Notes: generated by a model from the sequence alone, not told the origin. DNA of 52,786 nt from Girardia tigrina (GCA_001938485.1 MQRK01215037.1:28754-81539), one strand, 5' to 3'. Positions 11,923 through 25,204 are shown, counted from the stretch's first letter. Translations and numbers: made by a program.

Positions 11923-13369
11923 TTAGCATAAACGTTCTTCGACAACCTTTTGCGCAAGATTTGTTGCTACTTCATTTCCTTCCTTACCCAAATAAGGTTT
12001 CATTCCACACACAAAGCTTGTATCATTGCAACACATTGCAAAAAATTTTAAGCCATCTTTCGAGGGCTTCATTGGCATATATTGTTTGAAAACACATCGC
12101 CCTCTAAAAGAAACCAATTGCTCATCAATTGTTACAGAATGAGATGGCTTATAATATTTTGGCAGCTGTTTGACAAATAGGTCATAAACATCTTTTATGG
12201 GTGAAAATTTGTCATTTCGGAGAAGAAAACTCCTGCTATCCTTCTCATCAAATCGAAACATTGCATTGAGTTGCTTGAATCTTTTCAACGACATAGTTTT
12301 ACGAAAAATAGAGCGGCCCATTTCTGTGCTCCAAAGGCTCAGAAGTGACTCATAATTGGAGCGAAATACTTCAGCCAAAATGGATAGACCAATAAATGTT
12401 TGTATTTCATCATAGGTTGTCAAATTCTAATTATTCTTCGTTTTCAGACCCTCTGAATTCGTATGTTTGACAATGGTTTCAATCATTTCTTTTGTTACAA
12501 ACAGACCGAATGCGTCTGATATACCAGTAATCTTTCTTTGGGTTTCAGCAGTTGGCCCATATTTGACATGCATTATGATATGAGTCATTGTCTGTCGAAC
12601 ATTCGGTGGTTCTCTACTCCACACCTCTTCATTTTTGCTGAATAGCGTTTGTTCAGATTGGGAAGTTTCATCACTGCTATCTTCACTTTCGGCAGCATCA
12701 CTCTCACTTTCACCACCATTTACGACTTCATGAATCTCATTTTTTGGAAGATCCGTGTCCTCTTCACTTTCGCTACTCTCATCCTCGATGGAATCTTCAT
12801 CGTCATCTTTATACAGCTCTTCACCATAGAGCTTATGGGTGGCTGTGATCGCAGCTTGCCTTTTAATCCGATTCAAGGACTGAAATAAATAAAATACAAT
12901 GTAAGTAAATGAAAATTTACGAATTTCGAATAAGGTAAGATAGCCGTATTTCGAACAGGGCTCAAATTTTGAACGATTAAAATAGCAGAGTCCTGAAGAT
13001 GAGTAATGCTTGGTGACTTGATTACCTAATCCTGATTGAAGATAAGCAGCGCCTTATTGTAGTTATTTTAATAAATTACTGTAAATATTCGCATGAATGA
13101 ATCATCATCTTATTAGTTAGATATGTTTATAATGCATTAAATTATAACCAGGGGTCATGGAAGTGGAACCTAAGTGCGATATTTTTATAAAATTAACTCT
13201 CTCATCATACAAATAAAATAAATTCGGCATTATCAGCGAGATTTATCTTCTTCTTTATGTCACAAAAAATATCACAGAAAACCAGAGTCGAGCAATATTC
13301 CATTTTTGGGCAATACCCTTTTAAAATATCCCTGGGGGTTATACGCTGACCACAGGGATCCTCTAAGGG
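11923..13369 (-). mobile_element. piggyBac transposon, 3'-truncated, with PGBD4-like transposase pseudogene
   Basis: TTAA|CCCTTAGAGGATCCC end at 13369. ORFs 12427..12876 and 11923..12423 are separated by one in-frame stop. Motif TIDEQLVSFRGRCVFKQYMPMKPSK. Confidence 0.9.
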
Positions 13370-14972
13370 TTAAATATTATGAATTAATTTAAAACGTACG
13401 ATGATTCAAGCGAAAAATCCAAAAGTAGCAATCATCCCATAAATCACTATGATTCACCAATGATTCACAGAAAGCTGCTGACATTGAGAGTGACTGCATA
13501 GCCTTGGCACACTTGGAAGATAGATAGTAATGGCCTACGAGAGGATTATGTGAAAATGGCGATTGACCGATAAGAATGCTACATTTGGAGAAATCAATGA
13601 ACACACAGCATTCCAGAAAATTCTGAAATGTAACGTGCGCACACCACATATTAATCTGCTATAAATATTACAGATATTTTAGAAACGAAACATATTTTTT
13701 AACCACAAAAAATAAATTCTTCGCATAAAATATTTACATTAAAAGAACATTACAACAAGAATAAATAAATCACTCCAAGAAGTACAGAATATCACAGAAT
13801 AAAATTACGCAAAGCTCGATAGAAACTTGTACGCAAATAAAAAGAATCGAGAGAAATCACATTTCGAAGTCAACCGTCCACAAAGTTAATTTCATTGTTG
13901 TTATCTTCTTTCGGAACGGCCCAATACTCCATAATAAAAATAAATAACTTTTTCGTAAAAATTTATTTCTATAAACAATTTTCTACTCTTTTGAATTTTT
14001 TCCAAAACTCTGAATATTAAAATAATTTCTTTATTTTAATATCATTCAGTTATTTTTTGGAGGAACCAATTTATTTAAATTACCAACCATATATAGTACA
14101 AATATTTATATAGATAAAAATAGTTTAATTATTTAATTATTTAACTTAATTATTATGATAAAATTTTCTTAAAGAATTTTACATTATTATTATTCATTTA
14201 AATTAATTTACTACATCAAAAATTTTAGCTTCCAATTTAATCCCTAACAATTGTAATTCGGGTAAAGCGACTGACAGCTCAGGAAACAGACACCGTGACC
14301 GAACATTCCGAAGCGCACAACAGAATCAAAATGCATATCCTTAGCTGCTTTTTATAATTTCGTTTTATCGTTTAATACAGGAAATTTTTTAACATTGTAG
14401 CTGGGCACCAAAATGGGTACCTAGTCATTGATTAATAGATGAATATTCCGTGGTGTAGCTCCATCTTCCTCCACTTCCAGATGTAACTGGTTTTTCGGAT
14501 AAATAAACTTTAGAGATAAACTTTATCCTTCTTTATCGCTCGCTCCGCCATTTGGACTCTTACTCTTTGTAGCACGGCAAATAGACTGATTCATAAACTC
14601 ATTATTTTGATGATAATTACAGTCCCATTTCTATAGATCAAGTTGTGACTGTGCACATGTACAGTGGTCAACCAGAGTTATTCATTGAAAGTTATCAATA
14701 CTAAAAGTTATTTCCCGTATGGTTTGAAAAAGGTGCATTTCAGAAAAATAGGTTTCATTTTCCCGACATTGTCAGAAAGTGGGTGCCCAGTAAAAAACTA
14801 TTAAAATATGGCCTGATTTAATATATTTTATTTATCTATTTGTTTTATGTTTTGATAACTAATATTCGATTTATTTTGATAATATCTATACATTTGTTTT
14901 TTTTGTGTCTGTTTGAACTCTTCTTTTCACAGGTCAACTTTTTTTTTCCATCAACTTAGTCGAGAATAATAG

Positions 14973-17075
14973 TATCACGTTCCGGTCGATAGTCAGAGAC
15001 GCGAGTTTAGGCACATCGACCCTCGTTGAAGAGTTCAAATAGATCACACAGTTAAAGGTCTCATTTTGGTATATGAGGTGGGAGATTGACACCCAGTTTG
15101 ATAAGAGAGGAGTTTATGTCAATCAGCCTCTTCATGATGAACCACCTTCGTAAGTAGGACAAGAAATGATCGAGGAAGAGAACTGCGTAATTTTCATAGG
15201 ATTTACATAGGTGTAGGATTGACTATCAATAGAATTGATAGATCCATTGTAAATAGAAAATAAAATAGATAGAAATTGCAAATATAGATTTGAAATGTCA
15301 GGAGTTGTGAATTTAGACAGTAAAATTCAATCTGGCAATCTAATTAGTCCAAGAAAATAGAGATAGTGTGTATAGACGGAGCGGAACGATTAGTTGTGTG
15401 CAGTGCTTTTTTTGTAAAAAAATAGGTGCCGGTACTAGGGTGAGCACATTTCTGTTCTGCCATTCAGGGATGCTATTTTTGAAGTGCACGAACGAGAGTG
15501 CCGAAGGCACCTGAGCGCAAGCGTCGAAGACGCTAAGCTGCTCGCGATTAGGGGTTCTGGGGCGGAGCCTCAGCCGCCAATGCATTTTCAGGCATTTGGC
15601 TTGAAAAAGAGCTCGTTTTTGGACCATAAAAAACTAATTTCGTCAATTGTATTTTTAAAAAGAAAAAAGTAAGCGAATTTTAAAAAATCATGTTTTTTGC
15701 TTGTGAATGGTAAAAACTAAAAAGACTGGTGATGCAGGAACATTATATCAAGTTTTCTACCCACGTAGAATAATTTTATTTATTGGGATTTTGTTTGTTA
15801 GTTGGAGTGACGGAAATTCTAGGACTGTCCCGGGCCTTGCGGTACATGTTGTTAACCTAGCTGGTACGGAGTTGAGGTCGTACATTTTTCGGAATCTAAC
15901 ACAGAAGTGGTTTTGTAAGCAACTGATGCATAGGTATTAATGATATCATTTATTTATGTAAACCACAACTTCAAAGATACTAAAAGTTTAAAACAATTAA
16001 ATTTGTTTTAATATTGCTATAATATTGTATAATATTGCTATTCAGTTGTAAGATTTAACTAACGACTTATTCTCAGTTTACTTTGAAAAATGTGTCTATT
16101 TTTCATTTGTTTAAAAAAACTATTATAAGTGAAAATTTAATAGAAATTTTATTGCCATTGGTGTGAAATAATTCATAATAAATTCCAAAGTTTTATCAAG
16201 TTTTCATCTGACACATATTCACGTCTGCGTTCTTTGCTGTTGGTGTCTATTGCTGAATGTCTGCCTCGAAGCAGCCATGAATCAACGTATCTTGTGGGAT
16301 CAAAACGTGGGAGTGGTGGTCCAACTAATCTTATAAATAAAAGTGAAGAAACAGTTGTTATCATCAATGAAGCTCTTGTCGGGGTGATGATAAGATTCAT
16401 TTGCGAAAATCCTCTTTCAGCTTCACTTGAAGAAATTNNNNNNNNNNNNNNNNNNNNNNNNNNNNNNNNNNNNNNNNNNNNNNNACTTTTCTCGATAAGA
16501 TATTCACGAAATCCACGAATCATTGTTCTTTCGTTTAATTGCAATCTTGTTGACAAGTTTCTTATTTCTGCTTCGCCAAACGTTAAGTGAGTATCAATAT
16601 TGTCTGGCCATTGTTTCACATCGAGCATTCGAGCCCAATCTGCCAAATCAGCATCTTCACTGGAAAGCAACCTTTGTTCAACTGATTCTTTTTTTTTTGT
16701 AAAAAGCTTTCACATCAATCGGTGGATCATTTTTACAGTCTTTTTTTATGAAGTGAAACTCCTTTGAAAAGTTTAGTACCTGCAGCAGTGGCCGCAATTT
16801 TATAATATGGGCCTGAAATAATTTGCCGTTCTTCAAAAACCTGTGCAAGAGCCTTGATCTTTTGATCTGCTCTGTAGAGGTCCATGTTGCGCTCTTGTAA
16901 ATATTTTTTTATTTTTCATCACTTGAAAAAGGTGCCGGTACGCCGTACCGGCGCGTACCGTCACAAAAAAAGCACTGGTTGTGTGAATCACCAACAGACA
17001 AGTTAGATAATTTAGATTAAAGATTTAGGATCGATGGGATCGAAACACATTAATAACTATTTGGTGGAGCTAGAG
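14973..17075 (+). mobile_element. Probable 5' LTR plus PBS remnant of an LTR element, interrupted by a hAT insertion
   Basis: Starts TATCACG (TGTCACG-like), contains AATAAA, and is followed by TGGTGGAGC at 17062 (complement of a tRNA-Ala-type 3' end). No partner LTR or pol. Confidence 0.4.
15401..16977 (-). mobile_element. Internally deleted hAT transposon with intact ends
   Basis: 15-bp TIRs CAGTGCTTTTTTTGT / ACAAAAAAAGCACTG and a perfect 8-bp TSD GTTGTGTG (15393-15400, 16978-16985). Subterminal GGTGCCGGTAC repeats. ORF 16173..16670 carries the hAT dimerisation motif ISSSEAERGFSQMN. Confidence 0.95.
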
Positions 17076-18928
17076 ATTGGACGATGACTCGGTTTCACCC
17101 ATAACAGAGCAATATTCTGATTCACGAACAGAAATAAGAATGACTATACATCGTAAAGAAGTGTTAATATAATAAATGCAACTTTATTTTATAATTTTGA
17201 ACATTAGAAATTTTAGTTTTATAAGTAACAAGTCATATATAATTTCGAGTGTTATAAATCTAACTTCGAACGCAACGAATTTAAGTTCTGTAAATAGAAA
17301 TAAATCTGATTTTGATAAGTTTAATTCCTGTGAATATATTTTTGAATATTTAGATATTGCTTATGATAAATTTAATTTTTGTAAATATAGTTTTGATTAT
17401 TTAGACATAAGTTTCCTTGTTTAATGGTTTTAGAAAAGCATAAATCCACTTAAAAACAAACATTGTAATTGTAAGAGCGCGCTTCTCAGTAGATTTTAAA
17501 TCAATCACAACATAATTTATAATGAAGAATATTTCTTCTGAATCGTCTTCAGGACACCCGATATCACCAAAAACAGATAAGAGATCGATACGATATTGCT
17601 ACTTCCGACGATAGTGCAGATAAATCTAAAGATATCATAAATCATCCCCGAGCGATACTGTTCTGGCTTGGGGGGGGGGCTCTTCACCCGTCCAGGCCGA
17701 ACGGACCTGAAGGCACTCAAGATCTACACTGTTCACAGATGTAGAGCGAGTGAGATGCGTCCGACCACCCAATCATGAGATGTACATAAAGAGACAATAT
17801 TCAACGGGTTGTGGTTGAACCCATAAAAACCTTTGAGGGCTCACAAGCTTTTAAAGATGTTCACATCAAGGATGGTCGTGACAATTTATTGAAAAACAAA
17901 CAATACACAGTTTCCTTGTCGGATGTTGTTCTCATTGTATTCTGGCGAAGCCTTCTGAAGTTCCAATCACCCACATCAATTTGAGGGGTGTACGACACAC
18001 CGCATACGCAACCCGAAGGTCTCGGCGCTCAGTGTGCCTGAATTGTTATTTAAGTGGCGAAAAATCAGTCCAGTGCTTCGTACTATTTTCAATTTTCTAT
18101 TACGAATTGCTAATTACCAATTTTCATATTCCGTCAAGCACCAATTCAACGAGTATCATCAATAACCGACATTCATCATTCGAGCAACGAGGCACGATCG
18201 ATAATAAAGAAGAAGCCCCGTTTGTAATTGATTTTAATAATAATTTAATCATTTTATTTCGTTCCTTATTGTTTTTTTGATCTGTCATTTTAAATAATCA
18301 AATACATCTTGAAATTAATATATTCTTTCTCACTGTTATTTATTGATAATCATTTTATTTATTTTGGTTAACTGATTAAAAAAAAGATCTCACTGATGAA
18401 AAAAAAAGAAGAATATTAAGAAGATTATTACTCAGAAATGTAAAATCTAAACATAATTGATCGTTTTTCACAGGACCAAAGACAGTTCGAGTGTAAAATG
18501 CTGACGACGCGCATGAAGCTTATCGGGGACTGTTTATCTCTTTAGTTTAGATGGGTTGTCTAAAGGGCATTGGGCTTAATATCATTGAAAGGGATGGTAA
18601 GCCTACATTTAGAAAACACTAATTTTAAGTAATTCCTCCTCCAATTTCAAAAAGCATCACTCATAAGAGTGCCAAGAAAGGCCTTGTTCCGTCACTGGTA
18701 AACTCGACTTAACTCTGACTTTTTTTACAAAAAACAATCATATGGAAAAAAGTACTTATTTTGATCTTACTCTTGGAATTATTTTGTTGTTTGAAAAGTT
18801 TGAACTTAATAAGTAAATTGTATTAACTATAGAAGTTTTCATTTGGGATTAAGTCTTGAGAGTTTTGTTACATACATGTTCACAAAAGTTATAACAATGT
18901 AAAAATTTTGGTTATTTATTAATATAAC

Positions 18929-19289
18929 TGTGGTGTTCAAAAAAATCATTATAAAGAAAAATTCAAACTATTAAATGAATAAACAAAAATTAATGTTTTT
19001 GTTTTACTAAACAAAGTGGCAAACAAATTCAAAAAAATGAGAAATATGGAATCCACCACGACCAAAAGCAAAAGCACAGCCAGCAACTTCAGCAAACACT
19101 CAGTCGTCAAATCAAATATCCCCAAACAATACACGAGTTTTCAATTCAATGATCATTCCGATAGATACCCCTATTTTGCCGATTCGGTTCGTATTCTCAT
19201 GTCATGTATCAATGTATTTTATGCTCGTTCTATTTGTTTTTTCTTCCCGTTCAAACGATGGAAGTTGGTGGTGCAAACTGCACACGCCA
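18929..19289 (+). repeat. 5' LTR (361 bp)
   Basis: Begins TGTGGTG and ends CACGCCA 3 nt before the PBS. Its first ~214 bp recur at 24385-24598 with about 6 mismatches by eye. Confidence 0.9.
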
Positions 19290-19292
19290 AAT

Positions 19293-19310
19293 TGGTGTCA
19301 GAAGTGGGAT
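19293..19310 (+). promoter_or_regulatory. Primer-binding site (tRNA-Leu type)
   Basis: TGGTGTCAGAAGTGGGAT is complementary to the tRNA-Leu 3' end ATCCCACTTCTGACACCA. Confidence 0.9.
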
Positions 19311-19354
19311 CTTCCCACCACAATCGCAGACCGATCTCAAATGATTCGTCGCCA

Positions 19355-21026
19355 ATGGGAGCTGTTAGCGAAGCTGAGCAAGTCAGACACGTAAATTTTT
19401 GTCTACCCACTTTCTTATCCACGTGTTTCTTTCATTTAATCGGTGGATGTGTCTTATCTCATACCACTTTCCTCTCTTCTCGTGTTATCTTCCATTTCAT
19501 TATCATTATGATTTTATATCTATATTTTGCTGTGCCACATAATGATTTTATTAAAACTTTTAAAATTATTTTTCGTAAATGTGTATTGAATCTCACAAAA
19601 AGACACAACATCTCAAGTGACACTTCACCACCACACAAAGACTACGCAGCTCTCGGAGAACACAACACGAACACAACCAATATACTCTACCCCGATCAGG
19701 AACAAGAGTCATGGGACATACGCATCACCGTCACGGGCGACACACATCTTTACGAGACAGTCAACATTAATGAAACAATTTCACTAACACTGGATCACAT
19801 CGCCCACACAACCGGCCATATGGTCACACTTTATCACGGGTTTAAGCCGCTCAGACCTCAGATAACGTGGTCAGATTATAACATTGTGAACGACACAACA
19901 CTACGAAGTCACGTCCCTCTGGCACGGGGAAAACCTACAAAAAGGATACCGCAACGACACCCCCCCCATAATAGCACACATGCCAAGGCGAACGCGAACG
20001 CAACTGAAACTACAGAACCTGTTGGGTCAGATTCATCGTCCGACACAAACGGATCGCAACCAATACAGATTGACAAACAAGAAACAAGCATGACGCAGAT
20101 TTCGAACCTCTCGTCACAGCCTCCGCCAGTGATGCCCACGACTAAAAGTTTCATCCCATACTTCGAGGACGAAACTGGATCAACACAACTCTGGTTAAAG
20201 GTCATGGATTCCAGACTAAGATCCATGCACATTAACAGGCAACTGGACCTCTTCCACGAGTTGTTGGTATCCTTTCCATCAGAGCAATTAACAACCATCC
20301 AGAAATACTTGCCGCAATTACTGGCACACGACACACCATACGAGGAGTTACAACGAGGTTAGTTCAACGAAATACTCCATCCTTCGAAGAGTGCTTTGAC
20401 GAATGCTTCCGACCCATGCCAATCGGCGACTCGAAACCCACTGAGTTTCTCAGAACTGTCACCAGGAAACTCAACAATGTGAATCCACTGCTCACCACAG
20501 GCGATAGAGGAAACGACAAGCTCAAGTAATTTCTAATGCGCGCACTACCTGCCACGCACCGTGCTGTTCTTTTAACGTCCCCACACCTTCCGGTACAAGA
20601 CCTTGCCGAGATTGCCGACCGCATTACCGATGCAGTTGGCCACAACTCCTGTCCCCCATATGCCCCGATACAGTCCATTCAAACATCAGCACAAGCTCAT
20701 CCCGCAGCAATCGTACACCAACCCCAACCGATCGACGACATTGCTACACTCACCGCGCGATAGCTTTCCTTGAGGCGAGAGACAATAGCTCCAAGGGTGC
20801 TTACCGACGACAACCACGGCCTCAATCAACCACTACGAGAACTCATGACACACAATGTTATTTCCACCGCAGATTCGAAGCGCTTGCTAAAAAATGCCAA
20901 CCGAAATGTTCATTTCCTTGTGCTCGCGATCAACTAACGGCTACGGACACATGCGTTTGGCACTCACAATTCGGGACGGCAGCGACCCGTTGTGCGCCTG
21001 GCTAGCATCTGAACAAAAAAAACTGA
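19355..21026 (+). pseudogene. gag: ORF1: hydrophobic leader, ubiquitin-like domain, linker, Gag (CsRn1-like)
   Basis: First in-frame ATG after the PBS is at 19355 and the frame stays open to 20362. The Gag core PYFEDETGSTQLWLKVMDSRL...PYEEL continues through frameshifts and stops to CYFHRRFEALAKKCQPKC and CVWHSQFGTAATRCAPG*, ending AAA AAC TGA. Confidence 0.85.
19712..19930 (+). other. Divergent ubiquitin-like domain in frame with Gag
   Basis: WDIRITVTGDTHLYETVNINETISLTLDHIAHTTGHMVTLYHGFKPLRPQITWSDYNIVNDTTLRSHVPLARG aligns to ubiquitin with one 3-aa gap and 19 identities: I3, V17, T22, I23, I30, G35, L43, K48, L50, T55, S57-I61 (SDYNI), T66, L67, L73, G76. Confidence 0.75.
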
Positions 21027-21077
21027 GACCGCCACTCATTCGTGCAGCCGATGAGACTCAACATGGCAATTGCTGCA
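21017..21077 (+). promoter_or_regulatory. -1 ribosomal frameshift signal (A AAA AAC plus stem-loop/pseudoknot) at the gag-pol junction
   Basis: Slippery heptamer 21017-21023 sits immediately before the gag TGA, and pol is in the -1 frame. Downstream pairings GCCA/TGGC and CTCAT/ATGAG; loop TGCAGC is complementary to a downstream GCTGCA. Confidence 0.8.
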
Positions 21078-24000
21078 GCGTCTTCACATCAGAGGCACAA
21101 ATCCACAACAATCAACGCACCTCAGCATTCTTTTTAGTTGACACTGGTTCGGCTGTTTCAATTTGGCCACAAAAATTCGTACTGCACCTCACAGAGACCG
21201 ACAGGAAGTTCACAGCAGCCAATGGTACAGCAGTCCGTACTTACGGCACCATCTCCTTAACCTTCTCACTGACGCAGGTGCAGCGATCTTTCCAGTGGGA
21301 GTTCACAGTAGCAGATGTAATCCAGCCTATTCTGGGGGCCGACTTACTGGAACATTTCGAATTCTTAGCAGATTGCAGGATGTACCGACTCATTCTCAAT
21401 CAGGCCACAGCAACGGACTAAGTCAACACAGCGCCGGCGGACACCATCACCACACCAAACAAACGACAAGGGACAGTTCCCAACACACAGTCTCATACGT
21501 TCTCGATCCATGAGCAACACATTCGTGACAAGTTCCCAACGCTGCTTCAAGCACCAAGCAACGACAGCACAACTTGCGTTTCGACCCACGTCATAGCAAC
21601 GACCGACTACCCACCAGTCCATCAGCGAAGACAGGAATTGTTACAAGCGATTCGTGCCCTGGCAGCTGAAGAGTTCAAATAGCTTGAAGAGGCCGGAATA
21701 ATCCGATGTTCCTCTTCCCCATGGGCAGTACACCTGCAAATCTTCAAGAAGAAGGACGGAACCTTGCGAATATGTGGTGACTACAGAGGACTCAACAAGG
21801 TGACCATTATAGACTCGTACCCAATGCCGCTCATTACCGACCGTCTTCAGCGCTTCGTAGGATGCATCGTCTTCTCATCTCTTGATTTGAGCAAAGCGTA
21901 CCATCAGATCCCCATGGACACAAACTCAATTCAGAAGACGGCAGTCACAACACCGTTCGGCCTATACGAATATGTGCGCATGCCCTTTGGGCTACGAAAC
22001 GCTTCACAAACGTTCCAGCGGCACATTGATACGGTACTCAGTGGACTCCCGAATGTAGCCGCGTACGTCGACGACATCATCATCGCGTCGCCGAATCACG
22101 AGCAACACAAAACACATATTACCGCGACACTTGCAAGATTGAGCAAACACAACCTACAGGTAAAACTGCCGAAATGCCACTTTTTTCGACAACAAGTTGA
22201 ATTCCTGGGTCACGTATTATCCGACAAAGGCGTACTACCACTGGAGAGCCGTGTCAAAGCTATCAGAGATTTTCTCCGACCAGTAACAGTCAAGGCACTG
22301 AGAAGCTTCTTGGGGATGATCAATTTCTTTAGACGGTTCATACCGCACATTTCCGACATACTGGCACGCCTTACAGTCCTTTTTTCCGGACCAAAAAGTT
22401 CAGAAATCACCTTGACAACCGAGTCAGAACAGGCGTCTTTTCGAGCCAAAGACGCCTTACAAAAAATCAAATCCCTGCATTTCCCGGACAACAACTTACC
22501 ACTAACATTGACAACGGACGCCTCCAACACGGCGATTGGCGCAGTCTTGATGCAGGTCCGCAACACGCATTCCGAAACCATAGAATTAATTTCTCACAAA
22601 CTGTCACCGGCTCAGACAAGATATTCCGCCTTCAATCGGGAACTGTTAGGCCTTTACATGTCGGTCAAACATTTCGAACATTTCTTGATCGTCAAATCGA
22701 CAGTCGTTTACACGGACCACAAACAGCATCTGCATTATCTGACCATGAAATATTCTTCCCCGCGGCAACAACATCACATGAGTTATCTGTCACAATTTAA
22801 CATCGAATTACACTATATCAGAAGAGCTGAAAACGTTGTCGCAGACTGTTTGTCCAGCGCAGACATATCCAGTCTTGATTTCGAATCCCTCATTACCACT
22901 GAGACCCTAGCACAACACCCACCAACCCAAAAAGATCTCAGCTTTTTCTCCAATCCACCGGTCTCCAAATGGAACATATTCTTTGACACTTAGCTTGCTG
23001 GATCCATCCGACCGATACTTGGACAAGAGCTACACGCACAAGCTTTCCAAGCCGTTCACAACGTCGCTCACCCCGGCAGGAAAGCAACGTACGAGTTGTT
23101 ACGAACTAAAGTCATTTGCCACAGATGCGAAAAGACGTCACACTATGGTGTCGGGCTTGCTTCGACTGTCAACGGGGCCAGGTCACCCGGCACACGAAAC
23201 CACCGACTATAGCCTTTCCTACTGGCAGCAGGTTCGACACAATTCATATGGACCTGGTCGACCCACTTCCTCGGTCAAAAGGATTTTCTTACTTGTTCAC
23301 AATAATTGACAGAAACACACGCTAGACTGAAGCATTCCCTCTCTGAACAACCGCCAGCGAGACCATAGCAGACATATTGGTGAACCACTGGATATCCAGA
23401 TTTGACATTCCCAAATGGATCATTACCGACCATGGTCTGCAATTCGAATCCGCACTTCTTACGGATTTAACCAAAAGACTGGGTATCCAAAAGGTGAGGA
23501 CAACTGCTTACCACCCCCAAACCAACGGTCTCGTGGAACGCTTCTACAGGGCACTAAAAAACTCGTTCAGAGCGCTAGGCCAAACAACAGCCTGGGCAGA
23601 CCAATTACCTTTCGTCCTTCTTGCTTGGCGTAACATCCCCGACGGCAAACACGGGACTTCGCCAGCACAACTGCTTTTCGGGTCAAACACTTCCTTCGTA
23701 AACGAACTGTTTTTCAACGAAGCCCCCGGGAACAACAGCCAACTGGCGGCAGCTCAGACGCTCTTCATGGAAACCGACAGAACGCCCAAACATCATGACA
23801 CACAAAAGATTTTCGTTCCAAAAGACCTGGCAACTGCAAAATTCGTCTGACTGCAGAAAGAAACCACCACGTCTTTAGAATGTCGTTACACTGGGCCACA
23901 CAGACTCATCTCCATCGACTCAAGCAACAACACAACAAGAATCACCCTCCACGGTGCAGAACGCACCGTCAACGTATGCAAACTTAAACTCTGCATACAC

Positions 24001-24216
24001 TTGCAGGATTACACACCCGGTAACAACGATACAGCACCGAACAACAACAGTCTGCCAGACACCGGTGATCACACATGCACATTCCCCACAACATCCACAG
24101 ACGTTACACCAAGCCAACGGAATCAATCCATACCAACACAGCCAACGAAGACCACACTACCCCGATCTAGACGTCGTCCAGCACGCTACAGAGAACAAAC
24201 CCAAACACTTACATAG
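21023..24216 (+). pseudogene. pol: pol: protease, reverse transcriptase, RNase H, integrase
   Basis: FLVDTGS protease; LDLSKAYHQ, MPFGL and YVDD RT; TTDAS and ENVVADCLS RNase H; H..HPG/CFDC zinc finger and HMDLV, ITDHG, NGLVERF integrase. Broken into several ORFs. Confidence 0.95.
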
Positions 24217-24384
24217 CACACATAACACTGAAAAATCATCATCTGTACTATACCACATCTGTTGTATTTTTTTTGTTTTTTGTGGTTTTCCGCTCTCCCG
24301 CCGATCGGCAGTTACACTCAGCGACAACTCTCATAACTCTGTGACCTCCACGCCAGTGCTCCATACTTCCTGTGGGGGGGCTGA

Positions 24385-24598
24385 TGTGGTGTTCAAAAAA
24401 CTCATTATAAAGAAAAATTCAACAAATTAAATGAATAAACAAAAATTAATGTTTTTGTTTTACTAAACAAAGTGGCAAACAAATTCAAAAAAATGAGAAA
24501 TATGGAATCCACCACGACCAAAAGCAAAAGCATAGCTAGCAACTTCAGCAAACACTCAGTCGTCAAATCAAATATCCCCAAACAATACACGAGTTTTC
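24385..24598 (+). repeat. 3' LTR (truncated)
   Basis: Follows a G-rich PPT. Matches the 5' LTR up to GAGTTTTC, then abuts an unrelated gag. Confidence 0.9.
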
Positions 24599-24619
24599 GA
24601 AATTTCTTTGTTGGTTTCG

Positions 24620-25204
24620 TTATTTATAGTGTCGTTTACGTTTGCCTACCATTTTCCAATCATCATGTTTACCTACCGTATTGTATGCCGCAATTGTTTC
24701 TTCTTTTTCCATTTTGCGTAGTTCATACATATTTGAAACTACATCTTTTATGTCCTTTGTTTCGGTAGCTCCTCTCAATTTCAATTCTCTTTTCACTGCA
24801 TAATCGTCAACCATATTCATGTAAACAAGGCTGAGCAGCTTTTTCTTATAAAGTTTGCCTTCTGTTAATATCGTTACTAATTCTTCGACTTTTTTGAACG
24901 TTTCTTCTGGATCTGAAGATCCCCACCGGAGATTTAAAATATCCTTCATTTTGTCAAGCAGAGATTTTTCTTTCACAAATGCCGTTTTCAGTTTTTCTTT
25001 ATACGTATTTCCATCTGCGTCTGAAAATTTTGTGATTGCTGATGGAATCATGAAGATCGTCACCATCACTAATCTTCTATCTTCTGTTATACCCATATCA
25101 GCAAAAAGTTCGAAATTTTTTATGAAGTAATCTAATTTCGACTCGGATCCATCAAAATTTTCGTGTCCCATAATGTTTGTTGTCACATGAGCTGTGGTCG
25201 CCAT
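24620..25204 (-). mobile_element. gag: gag fragment of a separate Gypsy-type element
   Basis: 194-aa ORF with ENFDGSESKLDYFIKNFE and KRELKLR, similar to the gag at 41502. PBS-like TGGCGACCAC overlaps the ATG. pol is absent. Confidence 0.7.

Larger units (their letters stand above)
18929..24598 (+). mobile_element. Gypsy LTR retrotransposon, CsRn1-like clade, near full length, with a ubiquitin-like domain upstream of Gag
   Basis: 5' LTR 18929-19289 (TG...CA), tRNA-Leu-type PBS, gag with GDSKPTEFLR and two Cx2Hx9Cx3C-type fingers, pol order PR-RT-RH-IN, G-rich PPT at ~24372-24380. The 3' LTR (24385-24598) is truncated. Multiple stops and frameshifts. Confidence 0.95.

Noticed and set aside
12990-13020. 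CTGAAGATG hammerhead-like start
   Set aside because: No GAAA box or closing stems.
17520-18070. GC-richer segments (also 27800-28900 and 51790-52110)
   Set aside because: Probably repeat remnants, but no diagnostic ends or protein motifs to classify them.
24472-24768. Duplicated small ORFs (also 18949..19134 and 24405..24590)
   Set aside because: They lie within the two LTR copies and show no independent coding evidence.
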